From assembly GCA_964016885.1 (NCBI GenBank), contig OZ024741.1, positions 37,944,001 through 38,008,000 of the forward strand: DNA of 64,000 nucleotides. The letters are read 5' to 3'. Within the stretch, counting starts at the first letter, position 1. Each line of letters begins with the position of its first letter. This stretch comes from Eledone cirrhosa (lineage: Eukaryota). Shown here one piece after another: positions 13,906 through 27,233 of this stretch. The notes under the pieces were generated by a model. That model was not told the DNA's origin, did not search any database, and saw only the letters and a list, made by a program, of their open reading frames with translations. The position numbers were made by a program, and so were the translations under genes.

Positions 13906-16900
13906 TCAGATATTCAGGACGTATCGGAGGGTTCTTGCCGTTCCAAGCAAGCATGCCTTTTGAAGCGTTCCAAAAAGCGTGAAGGGGCCGATTTTCTTTA
14001 ACCATCCCTGGAAAACTTTGGAGATAGTCCCCAGTGCGCCTATGACAATCGGGATCACTTTGACTTCATGGCAGTTCCAAATCCTTTTCACCTCCCACTT
14101 TAGGTCCTGGTATCGGTTAATTTTCTCCCTCTCCTTCTCTTGCACTCTCGTGTCGAACGGGCAGGCCACATCCACAATCAGGCACGATCTTTTTTCTTTG
14201 TCCACAACCACCAGGTCAGGTCTATTGTGTTCCAGTTTTTTGTCCGTCTGTATCCTAAAATCCCACAGCACCTTCACCTGACTGTTCTCCATCACCGCCT
14301 CTGGCCTATGCTCATACCATTTCTCAGAATGTGGTAGATTGTTTACTTTGCACAGGTGCCAGTGGATCACCCTGCCCATCACATCGTGTCTCCAGCCCTT
14401 ATAGTGGGTCTGGGCTAGGTGTTTACACTCGGACACAATGTGAGCCACAGTCTCCTCTCTCTCTCCACAGATCCTGCACAGTGGGCTAGCCTCCTCCTTG
14501 TAGATATGGTGCTTCAACCACTTCGTTTTGAGGGCCTGCTCCTGCGCAGCCATTAGCATTCCTTCTGTAGCCTTTTTGAGGTCTCCTCTTCTCAACCAGT
14601 TCCATGTCTGTGGATCTCTAAATTCAGTTTTCTCAAAGAAGGTACTATGAAGGGATTTTCCCTTAAGGCTGCTCTTCCTCCTTGATGTTATTTCCTCCTT
14701 GGGTATCCCCTGGCCTACTGTCCCCTCCTTCAGTACAGCTCTGAGCATTGGCTCCTTACTATAGGTCACGTATTTGTATAGGTTGTTTTTCTCCATCTGA
14801 ACACAGTCCTCTATGCTGATAAGACCTCTTCCACCCTCAGATCTCCTTAGGTAGAGTCTATCGACATCACTCCTCTTGTGGAACATGTTGTAGATAGTCA
14901 ATAGCTTCCTAGTCTTCCTATCCATTTCTTTTTGTTCAGCAACATTCCATCTCAGAATTCCCGCACTGTACCTAATAATAGACACAGCTCGGGAATTTAC
15001 TGCGCTTATGGCATTTCTGCTGTTCAGATGTGACTTCAATACGCTCCTTACTCTCCGAATGTATTCAGTTCTTAACAATTCCTTCATTTTTTTGTTCTTT
15101 ATGCCATCAGCCTCCAGAACGCCCAAATACTTGTATCCTTCCTCAGAGTCAATTTCCTTTATCATCTCACCTGTTGGTATCTGGATCCCGTTACTTCTGA
15201 TCAACCTACCCCTCCTCATCACAATGACTCCACATTTACCAATACCAAACTGCATACATATATCACTGCTGAAAATACGGACAGTGTCAACAAGCACATC
15301 CAACTCCTTCTCACTTTTCCCGAAGAGCTTAAGATCGTCCATGAAGAGGAGGTGATTGATGGTAAGCTCTCCCCTTCCCAACTTGTATCCTGCTCTCACT
15401 TTTCGCAGCATAATGGTCAAGGGCATCAGGGCAAGGACAAACAACAGAGGGGATAGGCTATCTCCCTGGAAGATACCTCTCTTGATCTTCACGCTTCCCA
15501 AGGATACTCCAGTTGATGTCAACTCTGTCTCCCAGGACCCCATACTCCTGCCCAGCAACTGTCTGATGTTATCTGCCACCCTGAAGATCTCCAGGCTTTT
15601 GGTGATCCAGGAATGAGGCACCATGTCAAATGCCTTTCTGTAGTCTATCCATCCCATGGCAAGATCAGTGTGTCTCCTCCTGCAATTCCCCATTACCATC
15701 TTATCAATAAGCAACTGGTCCTTTGTACCACGTGACTTCTTTCGGCATCCTTTCTGTTCGTCCGGCAACAAGTTGTTTGTGTGGAGGTGATGGTAGATTT
15801 CCTCAGACACAATGCTCGTCAACAGTTTCCACATTACGGGCAGACATGTGATAGGTCTATAGTTGGTAACATCATTACCCTTGATTCGGTCTTTCATTAT
15901 CAGAACTGTGGTACCTTTTGTCAACCACTCTGGCACCTCACCCGACACCAAGCAGTCATTGAACATGGCCGTCAGCTTCGGGTGGAGGGATGTTAAATGT
16001 TTAATCCAATACCCCTGCACACCATCTGGGCCTGGTGATTTCCAGTTGGTTAGTTTTTTGGCTTGCCCCTTAAGGGTTTCAACTGTGATACTCAAATCAG
16101 TCTGTTGCTGTGCCTGCTCACCGATCTCCCTCTGTACTGTCTCAATCCACCCTGTCTGGGCATTGTGTCTAACATCCTGCTCCCATATTGCTCTCCAGAA
16201 TGTTTTAGCTTGTTCCGCCCCAGGGATCAAGTCGTTGCCTCTTTCTTTCCCCTCAAGCTGTCCAAACAGCATCTTCTGGTTGTTGTCGAACATGCGGTTC
16301 TGTTTATACTGACTGACTCTGTTCTCGTATCGCCTGATTTTGGCACTCTTTGCTACAATGCGTTGCTTCAATTCCTCTATGATAATATTTAGCTTTTTAC
16401 TCCTAGTTTTGTATTTTATTTCCAGTCTATTTTTAGTGCCTATGTTTTTTAGTGTCCCATTCAGTAGTGACTCAAGCTTTCCTATGTCATTTCTCATTTC
16501 CCCGATTTGCCCACTCAGTCGCTTCTTCTACCACGGCTCTGCTCTTTCTTGTCTGTTGTTTCCTCTCGCTTTTATACCAAGTAGTTTCCTCACCGTATTT
16601 GCTGTTGCTTTGAGGATATTGTTGCACTGGTGAAGACTCCTCGCCTCAAGGTATGGGATGACTTTGTTTACCTTAGCTGTTGTTTCTTTTAACTTTTTCC
16701 TGTCTACAAATCTTAGGTTCATAGGTCTCCCACTATCATTGTTCAACTCATCTACCACTAAATTTAGGATGTCAACCGAATCTTGTCCTAGCCCGTCAGC
16801 ATTCATCTCCTCAGTGGCCGTTTCTCTGTTCCAGGTATTATTTATCTCAGTATTCAGATCATTGTCTGCTTCGGGTGGTTCCTCCGTTCTCAGGACCTCC

Positions 16901-17298
16901 TCACCTTCATTTCCCGCCGGCTCGCTTGTCTGGCATACTACACCCGCCATCTCCAAGCCATTCTCTCTGCTCAGTTCCTCCAGTTCCAGCTCGCTTATCC
17001 ACCCATTAGTTCTTATTACCCGAGCCTGCCCGGCCAATTTTTGTTCATCTAATTTAAATAAACCAATCTCGTTCCAGATGTTATGCATCCGTCTCCTGTA
17101 GCCCCTCTCCTTGGGGTTACTTTTCAGGTAGCATTGCATAACAGTTCTATTCAATTCTTTCGTCCAGTTGGTTCTGGCCCCTTTCCTTCTTCTTCTTCCT
17201 CCAACATCAGCAGTATTTGGTTGACAGTCAGGTTCCTGCTGCTGAGCCAGGGGGCACCTGTTGGGTGAGAGTCTGTCACATGACGTTCTAGTCTCCAT
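13906..17298 (-). pseudogene. R4/Dong ORF (~1130 codons): N-terminal Myb-like region, reverse transcriptase, CCHC knuckle, PD-(D/E)xK endonuclease; one in-frame TAG at 16530-16528
   Basis: ORFs 16528..17298 and 13906..16497 are in the same frame (EPW*KKRLSGQIGEMRND). Motifs: KSPGPDG, NYRPITCL, WIDYRKAFD, GIFQGDSLSPLLF, HLLFMDDLK, CRICGEREETVAHIVSEC, RHD, RPDLVVVD..IVDVACP, KINRYQDL. Confidence 0.92.
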
Positions 17299-17866
17299 TT
17301 CACCGTTATTCGAACTGTTTATGTTCGATATTTAAACACTCTTATCGAGGATTGGCGAATGTATGTTTACATAGCCATCTGTGGATCCGCCATCCCACTT
17401 GGCCCTTGTGTGGCATTATCACCACGCTGTATACGGACACACATAAACAAACAAACACACGGGCAGAAAGGGCCCCCAAAATGATAAGCATAAGTTTCAT
17501 TGTAATGTAGTATTCGAATGTCTGACTTAGTTTTTGTTTTTTAAGTTTTACTTTTTCCCCCCTCTTCTCTGTCCGTCCGCCTGCTTCTCTCTTCATTCTT
17601 ATTTTCTTTACGTTTTTGGGGTTTCTTTTTTTGTTTTTGTTTTTCTCTGTTTTTCTCGTTTTTTACTGTTGTTGCTGTGCTGCTTTTGTTGTTTGTTTTT
17701 TCTTTTTTCTTTTGAGTCTATCTATATATTTTGATGCCTTCCTCTTTGTTAGTAGTAGGAATTCTATAATGTGGAAGTGGTAGCCAGCAGAGACTGGCGG
17801 CGTTGGCGATACTGAGACAGTGGTGGTGGTGATGTCGATACCGAGGCAGTGGTGGCGGTGATGCGA

Positions 17867-18513
17867 CCGTATTACTGTAGTGATGGTGCTGTAGCGGTGG
17901 CAGCAGCAGTGAAGGAGTCAGGGGGTGGTGGCGGCGGTGATGGGATAGTGGTGGTAATGATAGCCGTAGTGAGCGGTGGCGGTGAAGGTGAAAATGCTGT
18001 TGTGTTTAGTGTACACAGATGATGGGGTGGGTGGTGTATCTAGTTTCTGGTGTTGGTGAGTTTCGCTGTCCTATATAGTGTAGCCAGAGGAGAGGAGGGG
18101 GGGGGGGGTTCTTCTTCTTCCATTTATAGCCATTTTATTTTTTTTTGGATATACAGTGTACAATACAAAGTTGAATATTTGAATATTTGAGCCGTATTAC
18201 TGTAGTGATGGTGCTGTAGCGGTGGCAGCAGCAGTGAAGGAGTCAAGGGGTGGTGGCGGCGGTGATGGGATAGTGGTGGTAATGATGGCCGTAGTGAGCG
18301 GTGGCGGTGAAGGTGAAAATGCTGTTGTGTTTAGTGTACACAGATGATGGGGTGGGTGGTGTATCTAGTTTCTGGTGTTGGTGAGTTTAGCTGTCCTATA
18401 TAGTGTAGCCAGAGGAGAGGAGGGGGGGGGGGGTTCTTCTTCTTCCATTTATAGCCATTTTTTTTTGGATATACAGTGTACAATACAAAGTTGAATATTT
18501 GAATATTTGAGCC
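17867..18513. repeat. Tandem duplication of a ~325-bp unit in the 5' region of the Dong-like element
   Basis: ccgtattactgtagtgatggtgctg...gaatatttgaatatttgagcc occurs at 17867-18191 and 18192-18513, nearly identical. Confidence 0.9.
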
Positions 18514-18677
18514 TTATAACAATATATTTTGGGTCCGAATTTTTTTGGGGCTCAAGCCGGGTGCTTTACGTAGCATTTGTACTAAGAGTTGTTATTTCAC
18601 AAATGATTTAAATATGTTAAAAATTCAAAACTTACGGGAGCGATTTCATGACCTCCGTCACCTCGTGCGTCTTCTTC

Positions 18678-18726
<49 letters not shown>

Positions 18727-18739
18727 TTTTATTTTTATT

Positions 18740-19500
18740 TTTTGTTCTCGTGCAATGGCCATACTCGATAACGAAGGGGCAGCCATCATCATGTATGTAT
18801 GTATGTATGTATGTATCAGGAAAACTCTGATATAACACATGCAACCCTGATGGTATCCAATGATGTTGACTTGTTCTTCTTTTTGGTAAATATCATCTTG
18901 GTTAAGAGAGTGGGACTGGCTTTGTGCAGTGCCTTTGCTCACTATAAAAGCTTCACGTCACAGGCATTGCTTTATATCTGGAGATCTCTCTGCACTTGTC
19001 GTCACGTGATACCATGGGCCCAGCACTTCTGTGTCAATAATTGTCACAAGTGTAGTGTTTGTACCAGAGTTTTCAAGTAGCTGGCTGGACTAAAAAGTCA
19101 CACTCGTTCAGCGCATCGGTAGGGGTTCTCCTACATGGATGTAAAGTAGTGGCCGTACTCGAAAACGAGTTGGCAGCCACCATGTATGTATGTATGTATG
19201 TATGTATGTATGTATGTATGTATGTATGTATGTATGTATGTATGTATGTATGTATGTATGTATGTATGTATGTATGTATGTGTCTATGTGTGTTGGTATG
19301 TGTGTATGTATGTATGTTAGTGCACAGTCTTTCCTCACTTTAAAAAAAATTCTTCACGCACAGGCATTGCACGATAGCATTAATTAATAATTATTAATAA
19401 TGGTATATTATGCAATGGCCATACTCGATAACGCGGAGGCAGCCATCATGTATGTATGCATGCATGTATGTACGTATGTATGTATCTATGTATGTATGCA
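18740..19500 (+). mobile_element. Three head-to-tail 5'-truncated RTE-type non-autonomous elements (18740-18791, 18815-19182, 19320-19449), each followed by (TATG)n
   Basis: All end in tggcc(a/g)tactcg-a(t/a)aa-cg...gcagcca(t/c)cat(gtat)n. 18818-19182 is near-identical to 63098-63458. Confidence 0.7.
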
Positions 19501-20475
19501 TGTATAAGATACAGAAACAGGGTGTCTACAAGGAAAAACAATGCTCGCCTTTTCAGCCGCTAATTATAGGTTACGCAACTACTCGTTTTCGATACATAAA
19601 ACACTATAGCTATAGCTCATACAGTCTTAGCTACTCGCGAATAAGCAACACAAGAAACTAATATACAAGATACGAGCATCTTTTGACTGCGTTAGAGAAT
19701 ACAGTAGCAAGAAATACAGGGTACCTACCAGCTTTATCAATAGCAAACAGAAGGCTGCTGGAAAGAAAAGCAATGTGAGCAAAAATACAAAAGAATGTGT
19801 TGGCTTATGTAAATACGAACAAAAAATTCTTTCGAATGTCAATACAAAGCAAGGAAGTAAAACGGGTACATTTGGGACAAAGAAAAGAAGAAAATGGCAA
19901 GAAGAAGAAAGTAAGATATCGAGTTAAATGTAAATCATTGAGGTTATTGGTGGGAGGGTGGCTGGGTTTAGAGAGAACACGTACGTCATAGATTAGTAAT
20001 AATAAACTTAGTAAAATTAACAGAGAAAACAAGGCAACAAACAAGAACAAGGCAAAACAAAATACAATTTTATTTAAAGGGAAACCTTAAAAATCTTTAA
20101 AATTTATTTTTTGAACATAAAAATTCAAATAAATACACAGAACTCCAGAGTCTTCAACAGTTGAAATGAACTTTGACAGTTTCAACCCCTAACGACGGTA
20201 CGGCTGGTCCACCCGGGGTCATAGCGTCTGACACAAGCCAAAGCACTGTTCGTGGAGTACGAGACAAAACCAAACCAAACTATAACAACTAAGCCATAAT
20301 ATGTACATATACAATGTTATGTGACGTCAGGGAGAAGGTATTGTATCTTAAAGCAAGAAAGTCTCGGGAGAAAAGAAGAAAAAAAAAAGAAAAGGACAGA
20401 GGAAGGATAAAGAAGACAGTACGATATCGTGTTAAATGTAAATTATTGAGATTATTATAGGGAGATTATTATAGA

Positions 20476-20680
20476 GCAGTGGATTAGAGTATCGTTAGAG
20501 GGTCGGACGCCATGTTTTACAGCATAGAGTTACGGCCCTTTATGATCTGAGTTCAAATCCCGCCGAGGTTAACTTTGCCTTTCATCCTTGCGGGGTCGAT
20601 AAAAATAAAGTACCAGTCACGCACTTGGGTTGATTTAATCGAATTTCGCCTCCCCCTTCTGCCTATATAAAAAACCATTA
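20476..20680 (+). mobile_element. tRNA-derived SINE
   Basis: B box gagttcaaatcc followed by the conserved core. Confidence 0.85.
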
Positions 20681-20931
20681 TCATAGGGAGAAGAGAGAAA
20701 ACGTAGGTCACAGATTAGTAATAAGACTATCTAAATGGCTGAAAACCCCGGAGTTCTGTGCCTTTCGTTTGTATTTTTATTTTGAAAACAATTTTTTAAG
20801 GCTTACCATTCAAAAATATTATCTTTCGTTGTCTTGTCTTGTCTTTGTTAATCTTCCAAAGTTTATTATTGCTAATCCTAATCTGTGTTGTACGTCTTTC
20901 TCAAATATTTCAATGATAGATATATATTGAA

Positions 20932-20981
<50 letters not shown>

Positions 20982-20984
<3 letters not shown>

Positions 20985-21222
20985 TAGAACATTGAAAGGT
21001 AATATCCGTAGTGGTAGACCACTCAGTCCATGGGACGAGTTAGGTAGGAGTGGTAACACAACAGTTAGTTCACCATACCGAGAACAATTGTTTCACCTTA
21101 GCGGATCTTCAGCTCGTTGTCCTTCCTGTTCCGTATAACCATGGCCATTACGAGCTAAAGATCGGCTAAGGTGAAACAATTGTTCTCGGTAAGGTGAACT
21201 AACTGTTGTGTTACCACTTCTA
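20982..21222. mobile_element. Short fold-back copy of the 47 kb pLTR family
   Basis: 21046-21116 inverted versus 21150-21221; HHR motif in both arms (right one mutated). Confidence 0.8.
21079..21116 (-). ncRNA. Minimal hammerhead (CUGAAGA)
   Basis: CGAG-CTGAAGA-tCC.gctaa.GGt-GAA-ACAATTGT-T-CTCG. Confidence 0.75.
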
Positions 21223-21466
21223 TATATATATATCTAAGGCTCTGTCTAGTTTATGTATATGTAAACCTCTATATTTTATATACTCCCGCAAGGTTGAGTA
21301 AAAATTTAGGCAGTATTCGGCTGCGCTTTCTAGCAACTACCCTACTCGCCGCCAGGCACCAATCAGAAGCTTTCTGACTTGACCACTGGCCATGTGACAA
21401 TTCTTAGCCCTTTTGAATTCGTTTCTGGCGGGGATCATTTAAGAAAAATCTTTGTCCAATTGAGTT

Positions 21467-21551
21467 TGTTTCCTGATGATTTCGAAACTCGTTGATTTAT
21501 CCGTGATCGGATATTTCCAAAAACCGAATGAAACCCCCGAGGGTAGAAACA
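21467..21551 (+). ncRNA. Type I hammerhead with extended stem II insert
   Basis: TGTTTC-CTGATGA-tTTCG...(tatccg.tgat.cggata)...CGAAt-GAA-ACCC.ccga.GGGT-A-GAAACA. Confidence 0.75.
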
Positions 21552-21842
21552 TAATTTTGGTATGTTTATGTACATTTTTTCTTCTAACTTTGATTTTGTA
21601 CCTAATTGTGTATGGTTAACTATATGTCTAGTCGATTTCTACGGGCTATTAGAAATACTAGGTAAATCTTCTGTGGCTGTGGATCGTGGATAAAATATCT
21701 ATCATTTATTTATCTATTGTTTCTTCATAGGTAAATTTTAAACTTATAGCCTCGTTTAATTGATTTTTTATGTGGTTGATTATGCTGATTGGGAGAAGAA
21801 ATACTGTATATATTTTATCAAATGATTCTATGGACTTACTTT

Positions 21843-21914
<72 letters not shown>

Positions 21915-21922
<8 letters not shown>

Positions 21923-22340
21923 TAAAAGGAATTCCAACTTTGTCTGACTTACTCGTTTTATTTACAATCCTTTAAAATTTATAATGGTATTAGAATAAAT
22001 AGTATGGTAGAATATTAAATGTTAAGTGTTAATTGAACAAGTACTTTCATGCTTTCGCAATCTTCAGGTTCATATTGTGTGGGGACGGTCAAGTTTGCAA
22101 TTTTCAACAGTTCAACATTACAATCTTGACTGTCACCACACATTATGAACCTGAAGATTGCGAAAGCATGAAAATACTTGTTCAATTAACACTTAACATT
22201 TAATATTCTACCATACTATTTCATTCTAATACCATTATAAATTTTAAAGGATTATAAACAATACGAGTAAATCAGACAAAGTTGGAATTCCTTTTATTAA
22301 TATAATCTTCTATACACAATCATACACACCCGTGTATATT
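21915..22340. mobile_element. Fold-back pLTR element, arms ~21915-22095 / 22123-22303, two divergent HHRs
   Basis: ~180-bp near-perfect inverted repeat next to (TA)n. Confidence 0.85.
22034..22072 (-). ncRNA. Minimal hammerhead (CUGAAGA); twin at 22146-22184 (+)
   Basis: TGAAC-CTGAAGA-tTGC.gaaa.GCAt-GAA-AGTACT-T-GTTCA. Confidence 0.8.
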
Positions 22341-22443
22341 TATCTCTCTCTCTCTATATATATATATATATAATATATGATATATACATATCATTATATA
22401 TATAATGATATATATATATATATATATCATTATATATATATTA

Positions 22444-22935
22444 GGTGGATTGGCAGTATCGGTAGAGGGTCGGACGCCATGCTTTCCAGCATAGTTACGT
22501 CCCTTTACGATCTGAGTTCAAATCCCGCCGAGGTTGACTTTGTCTTTCATCCTTACGGGGTCGATAAAATAAAGTACCAGTAATGCACTGGATAATTGCT
22601 GGCCTTGTGCCTAAAGTAGAAACAATTATATATATATTAATATATATATATAATATATGATATATATATATATCATTATATATATAATAAATACCAGTAA
22701 TGCACTGGAAAATTGCTGGCCTTGTGCCAAACGTAGAAACAATTATATATATAATTGTTTCTACTTTTAGGCACAAGGCCAGCAATTACCCAGTACATTA
22801 CTAGTACTTTATTTTATCGACCCCGTAAGGATGAAAGGCAAAGTTAACCTCGGCCGGATTTGAACTCAGACTGTAAAGGGACATAACTATGCTAGAAAGC
22901 ATGGCGTCCGACCCTCTACCGATACTGCCAATTCA

Positions 22936-22939
<4 letters not shown>
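22444..22939. mobile_element. Tail-to-tail inverted pair of full-length SINEs (22444-22628 +; 22753-22939 -) with an extra tail copy (22692-22746)
   Basis: A/B boxes, core and tail all readable; embedded in TA-rich repeats. Confidence 0.9.
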
Positions 22940-22984
<45 letters not shown>

Positions 22985-23010
22985 ATATAATTATATATAT
23001 ATATATATAT

Positions 23011-23180
23011 CTTCTTCCTCGCTCACTTATTCAAGAGAGGTACGTAGAGGCAGAGTCCCTAAACATTCCTTCCACCGGGTCCTATCAGAAACAACCATCT
23101 CCAATTTATCCGACTGGATCCCCAATGTGACCAACCGAGCTTGTGGATGTTATCCAATCATCTTGTTCGGGTCTACCCCA
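23011..23180 (-). mobile_element. Degraded 3' end of another RTE-clade LINE with GAA-type tail
   Basis: Minus strand reads GRP...LGIQSDKLEMVVSDRTRWKECLGTLPLRTSLE*, then gaggaagaag. Confidence 0.55.
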
Positions 23181-23189
23181 GTATATTTA

Positions 23190-23463
23190 TATCAAGGCAT
23201 TCTTCTAGGAGAAGACAACTCAGGAAACTGGGATAACTCCGACATAAAACCTGTGGCTCAGTAGTTACCGATGATGTTGATCTTTTCTTCTTTTCGGGTT
23301 CTAGCTACTGTCGCTCAGAGAGTGGGATTGGCTCAGTGCAAGTCTTTCCTCACATTAAAAAGTATCTTCACGCACAGGTATTGCACGATAGAATTAATTA
23401 ATAATTATTAATAATGGTATATCGTGCAATGGGCATACTCGATAACGAGGGGGTAGCCATCAT
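23190..23463 (+). mobile_element. RTE-type non-autonomous element copy (same family as 19320-19449 and 48238-48452)
   Basis: Contains agagtgggattggctcagtgca..tcttcacgcacagg.attgcacgatag and ends catactcgataacgagggggtagccatcat. Confidence 0.7.
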
Positions 23464-23478
23464 TATTATATACAAATA

Positions 23479-23636
<158 letters not shown>

Positions 23637-23651
23637 GTATATATATATATG

Positions 23652-23750
<99 letters not shown>

Positions 23751-23751
23751 G

Positions 23752-23878
<127 letters not shown>

Positions 23879-23893
23879 GTATATATATATATG

Positions 23894-24009
<116 letters not shown>

Positions 24010-24132
24010 TAGGTCGCGAGTTAAATCAAGGCTAATCACGGGTACCTTAATACGCTAGTAGAGTGTAATCAACATTGGCTTCAACAGGACCAGAACTGTT
24101 CTATTCGTATGAAATCATCAAGAATCATTATA

Positions 24133-24167
<35 letters not shown>

Positions 24168-24422
24168 GTGATGAATTAGTTTTGGGAGGTTTTTTATATG
24201 AAATCGTGTGTCGAAACAAATATTGTTATACTTGGGAAGGGTGATATTTGTGTAATATTGCCAGAATTAATAACAGAACACACTCACTGTTTGGTTGGTT
24301 TTCGCTTCTGTGTCTTTTATATCGGTAATCTAATTTATTCGGTCCTCAATGTTGCCATTGACTGACCGACGGTCAAAAATAATACAGATACAATATAGAC
24401 ACAAACACATATATATAGTTTA

Positions 24423-24462
24423 TCAAAGTTCTTTCGTTGCACATCTGCAACATCGTCAGTGG
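24423..24462 (-). ncRNA. Hammerhead motif (CUGACGA) in PLE 3' pLTR; twin at 27610-27649 (+)
   Basis: CCA-CTGACGA-tGTTGCA.gatg.TGCAAC-GAA-AGAACT-T-TGA; stem I is weak. Confidence 0.6.
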
Positions 24463-24803
24463 TGCTATTGTTTCCTCCCATTACATTGTATGTCTACGCC
24501 ATTTTTATTTAGTCTGTCTATATATTTATTTATTTATTTGTTTGTTTGTTTATTTTATTTTATCTGCTTTGCGCATGCGTTTGCGTGTGTGTATAGTGTT
24601 TTGTTTGATGTGTGTTCGTGATTGGGTGACTGTGTATCGGTTAATGTATTCTATCTTTACTAGTGTGTGTTTATATGTGTTTGTTGTTATTGTGCTTGTG
24701 TGTGTATTTATTTATTTATTTATCTATTTATTTATTTATTTATTTATACTTCTCTTAGGTCAGTGTTGTTTGTTTGGGTGTTGTTGTTATTCCATTCATT
24801 CTT

Positions 24804-26100
24804 TCAGTTTAGTCTTGGCCTTCTAAGTTCTATTTCACTGGCCTCTCTGATTTGCCTAATAGCTGGGTCATTTCTATGTTTAGATATTATTCTAATTTCT
24901 ATGTTGTCTATGTTACCGTCGTGTTGTTGTCTGGCATGTTCGTATAGTACTGACCCGTTTTTTCGTCCTTTTAGTTCCCCCCAGTGTTGGTCTATCCTTT
25001 CACCTATGCTACGAGCTGTCTCGCCTATGTATGTTGTTGTCATGTTTCTGCAAGTACCGTCTGTACATCTTATGCTATAGACTACGTTTCTAGTTTTACA
25101 CTTTATCCGGGGGTTTACCTTACATATGATACATTTCCTATTAGTACAGTGGGTTTTCTTAAAAGGATAGGTTTTGCTGATCAGGGATTTTATGGTGGTT
25201 CCTGGCTTTTCTACCACCTTAATCTTTGAGTGGGTCTTTCTCAGGGCCTTTCTACACTGGCTAGTTAATTTCCCTCCAGGGGTAGCGTGCACAAACATGA
25301 CACTCTGGTATCTCTGGTTGTCGTACCATGAGGTGGCTTTCCCTATCTTATGTCTAGCCCTATCTAAGCTATTCCATGATTTGCTCCTGTATAATGGGAA
25401 AATTCCTTTCATGTCCAGTTCTATGAGGGTCTTATACTTCTCCATGGCTCCTTCGTATACTCTGACTCTGTCTCTTTGGTTGTAGCCAGAGAACTGGATG
25501 CGGTTGATGAAGTGTTTGATGTGTCTTTCCATTTCTGTTGGGTCGCACATGCGGGACACATTATTCATCACTCGTACCAAATCTGCGATCAGAATATTAA
25601 ACTTAGCACTACTGGACATTGCTGAGTTTTTGAGTATCAGGTATTTGGAGGCCATGGGTTTAGCATAGTGTGAGTGGAGAATTTGGGCTCTCTCGTCTAT
25701 AGTGTTAATCCAGAGTTCCGTGTCTAATACAGGTAGTCTATTGTTAGGGTGTTTGGAAGGGAAGTCGATAGTTACAGTTATACTCTGGTGTATGGAATTA
25801 ACTATCTGCTTGATGCTTTCCATTGTGCTACGTTCTAAATCAAACTTGTTAGTGCTCTCTAGTGGGGGTGTTCTTATAACTATATTGATATCGTCTACGT
25901 AACGAGAGTACATAATGAGGTCTATGGAGCTCTCATTAAGGAGATCTTTAAGTCTCCTTTCCCACCATACCATGAAAAGGTTGGCAACATCACCAGCTAT
26001 GCTGACGCCAATGGCTGCTCCCTCATTTTGGGTGTAGATCTTCTCGTTGAACTTGAATATGTGGCCCTTTAGGGTAGTTTTGATACTAGCCCCTATTGCA
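24804..26100 (-). pseudogene. Penelope-like element ORF, 5'-truncated: RT (YSRYVDD) + GIY-YIG endonuclease
   Basis: YTQNEGAAIG, YSRYVDDI, LPVLDT, HYAKP, CKTRNVVYSIRC..C..YIGETARSIGERIDQH, RQIREA..LN. The first ~25 residues of the track ORF come from an inverted copy of the 3' end (26123-26222). Confidence 0.92.
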
Positions 26101-26563
26101 TAGACAACATAGGTAACATAGACAACATAGAAATTAGAATAATATCTAAACATAGAAATGACCCAGCAGATAGGCAAATCAGAGAGGCCAGTGAAATAGA
26201 ACTTAGAAGGCCAAGACTAAAGTAGAAACAATATATTATACTATACTATTTTTGTACAGCAATTCAAATTCAAAATCAAAATCAAAATCAAAATTAAGAT
26301 AAAAGTGAAAATTAAAATACATTCGGCAGATAACACAGATAATGCAGGAGGATAGTTTGATAGTCAGATCTAGTATGTAGTGTATGCGTTAATTACACAT
26401 GGAGTATGCAAGTGTGTCTCATTTTTATACTATTATTGTGTGGCAGTAATGCAAGCACTTTAAGCGGGTAATAAATTACTGACCTTCACTGTTTAGGGTT
26501 TAAAAAATACATAACTATGAAAAGTTTTAATATATACATAACCATAAACAGTATCCCTAATAT

Positions 26564-26665
<102 letters not shown>

Positions 26666-26726
26666 TACATTTACACATATACATATATACATAGATATAA
26701 ACACACATGCGCATACACATATATAT

Positions 26727-26763
<37 letters not shown>

Positions 26764-27145
26764 CATATACACACACATACATATAATAAATACATACATA
26801 CATACACATATATATGTACACACACACATATATACATACATATACACATACATATACACATACATACATATATACATATACACACACACACACACATATA
26901 TATATATACATATATACATATATATACACATATACACACGTATAAACATATATACACACACATATATATATATACATATATATATATATACATACACATA
27001 CATACATATACATACATATACATATATACATACACACATACATACACACATACATATATACACTCACACATATATACACTCACACATACATATACATACA
27101 TACAAACACATAAACACATGCATACACATATATATATACACATAG

Positions 27146-27233
<88 letters not shown>

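Larger units (their letters stand above)
13831..18680 (-). mobile_element. Near full-length R4/Dong-clade non-LTR retrotransposon (RT + restriction-like endonuclease) inserted in a (TAA)n microsatellite
   Basis: Single long ORF with RT and RLE motifs, short 3' UTR (13831-13905) and ~1.4 kb 5' region. (TAT)n/(TAA)n arrays abut both ends (13570-13830 and 18680-18725). Dong is known to target TAA repeats. Confidence 0.9.

Noticed and set aside
13979-17268. Plus-strand ORFs overlapping the Dong ORF (and likewise at 58538-61747)
   Set aside because: Antisense shadows of the retrotransposon ORFs.
13472-18791. The RTE tail at 18740-18791 as the displaced 3' end of the 12752 RTE, split by the Dong insertion
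   Set aside because: The tail matches the non-autonomous family at 19410/23420 at least as well, so the link cannot be established.
24790-24812. TGA in LN*KNEW as selenocysteine readthrough
   Set aside because: The position corresponds to the usual LN(R/K)xE motif rather than a Cys; a point mutation of CGA/AGA is more likely.
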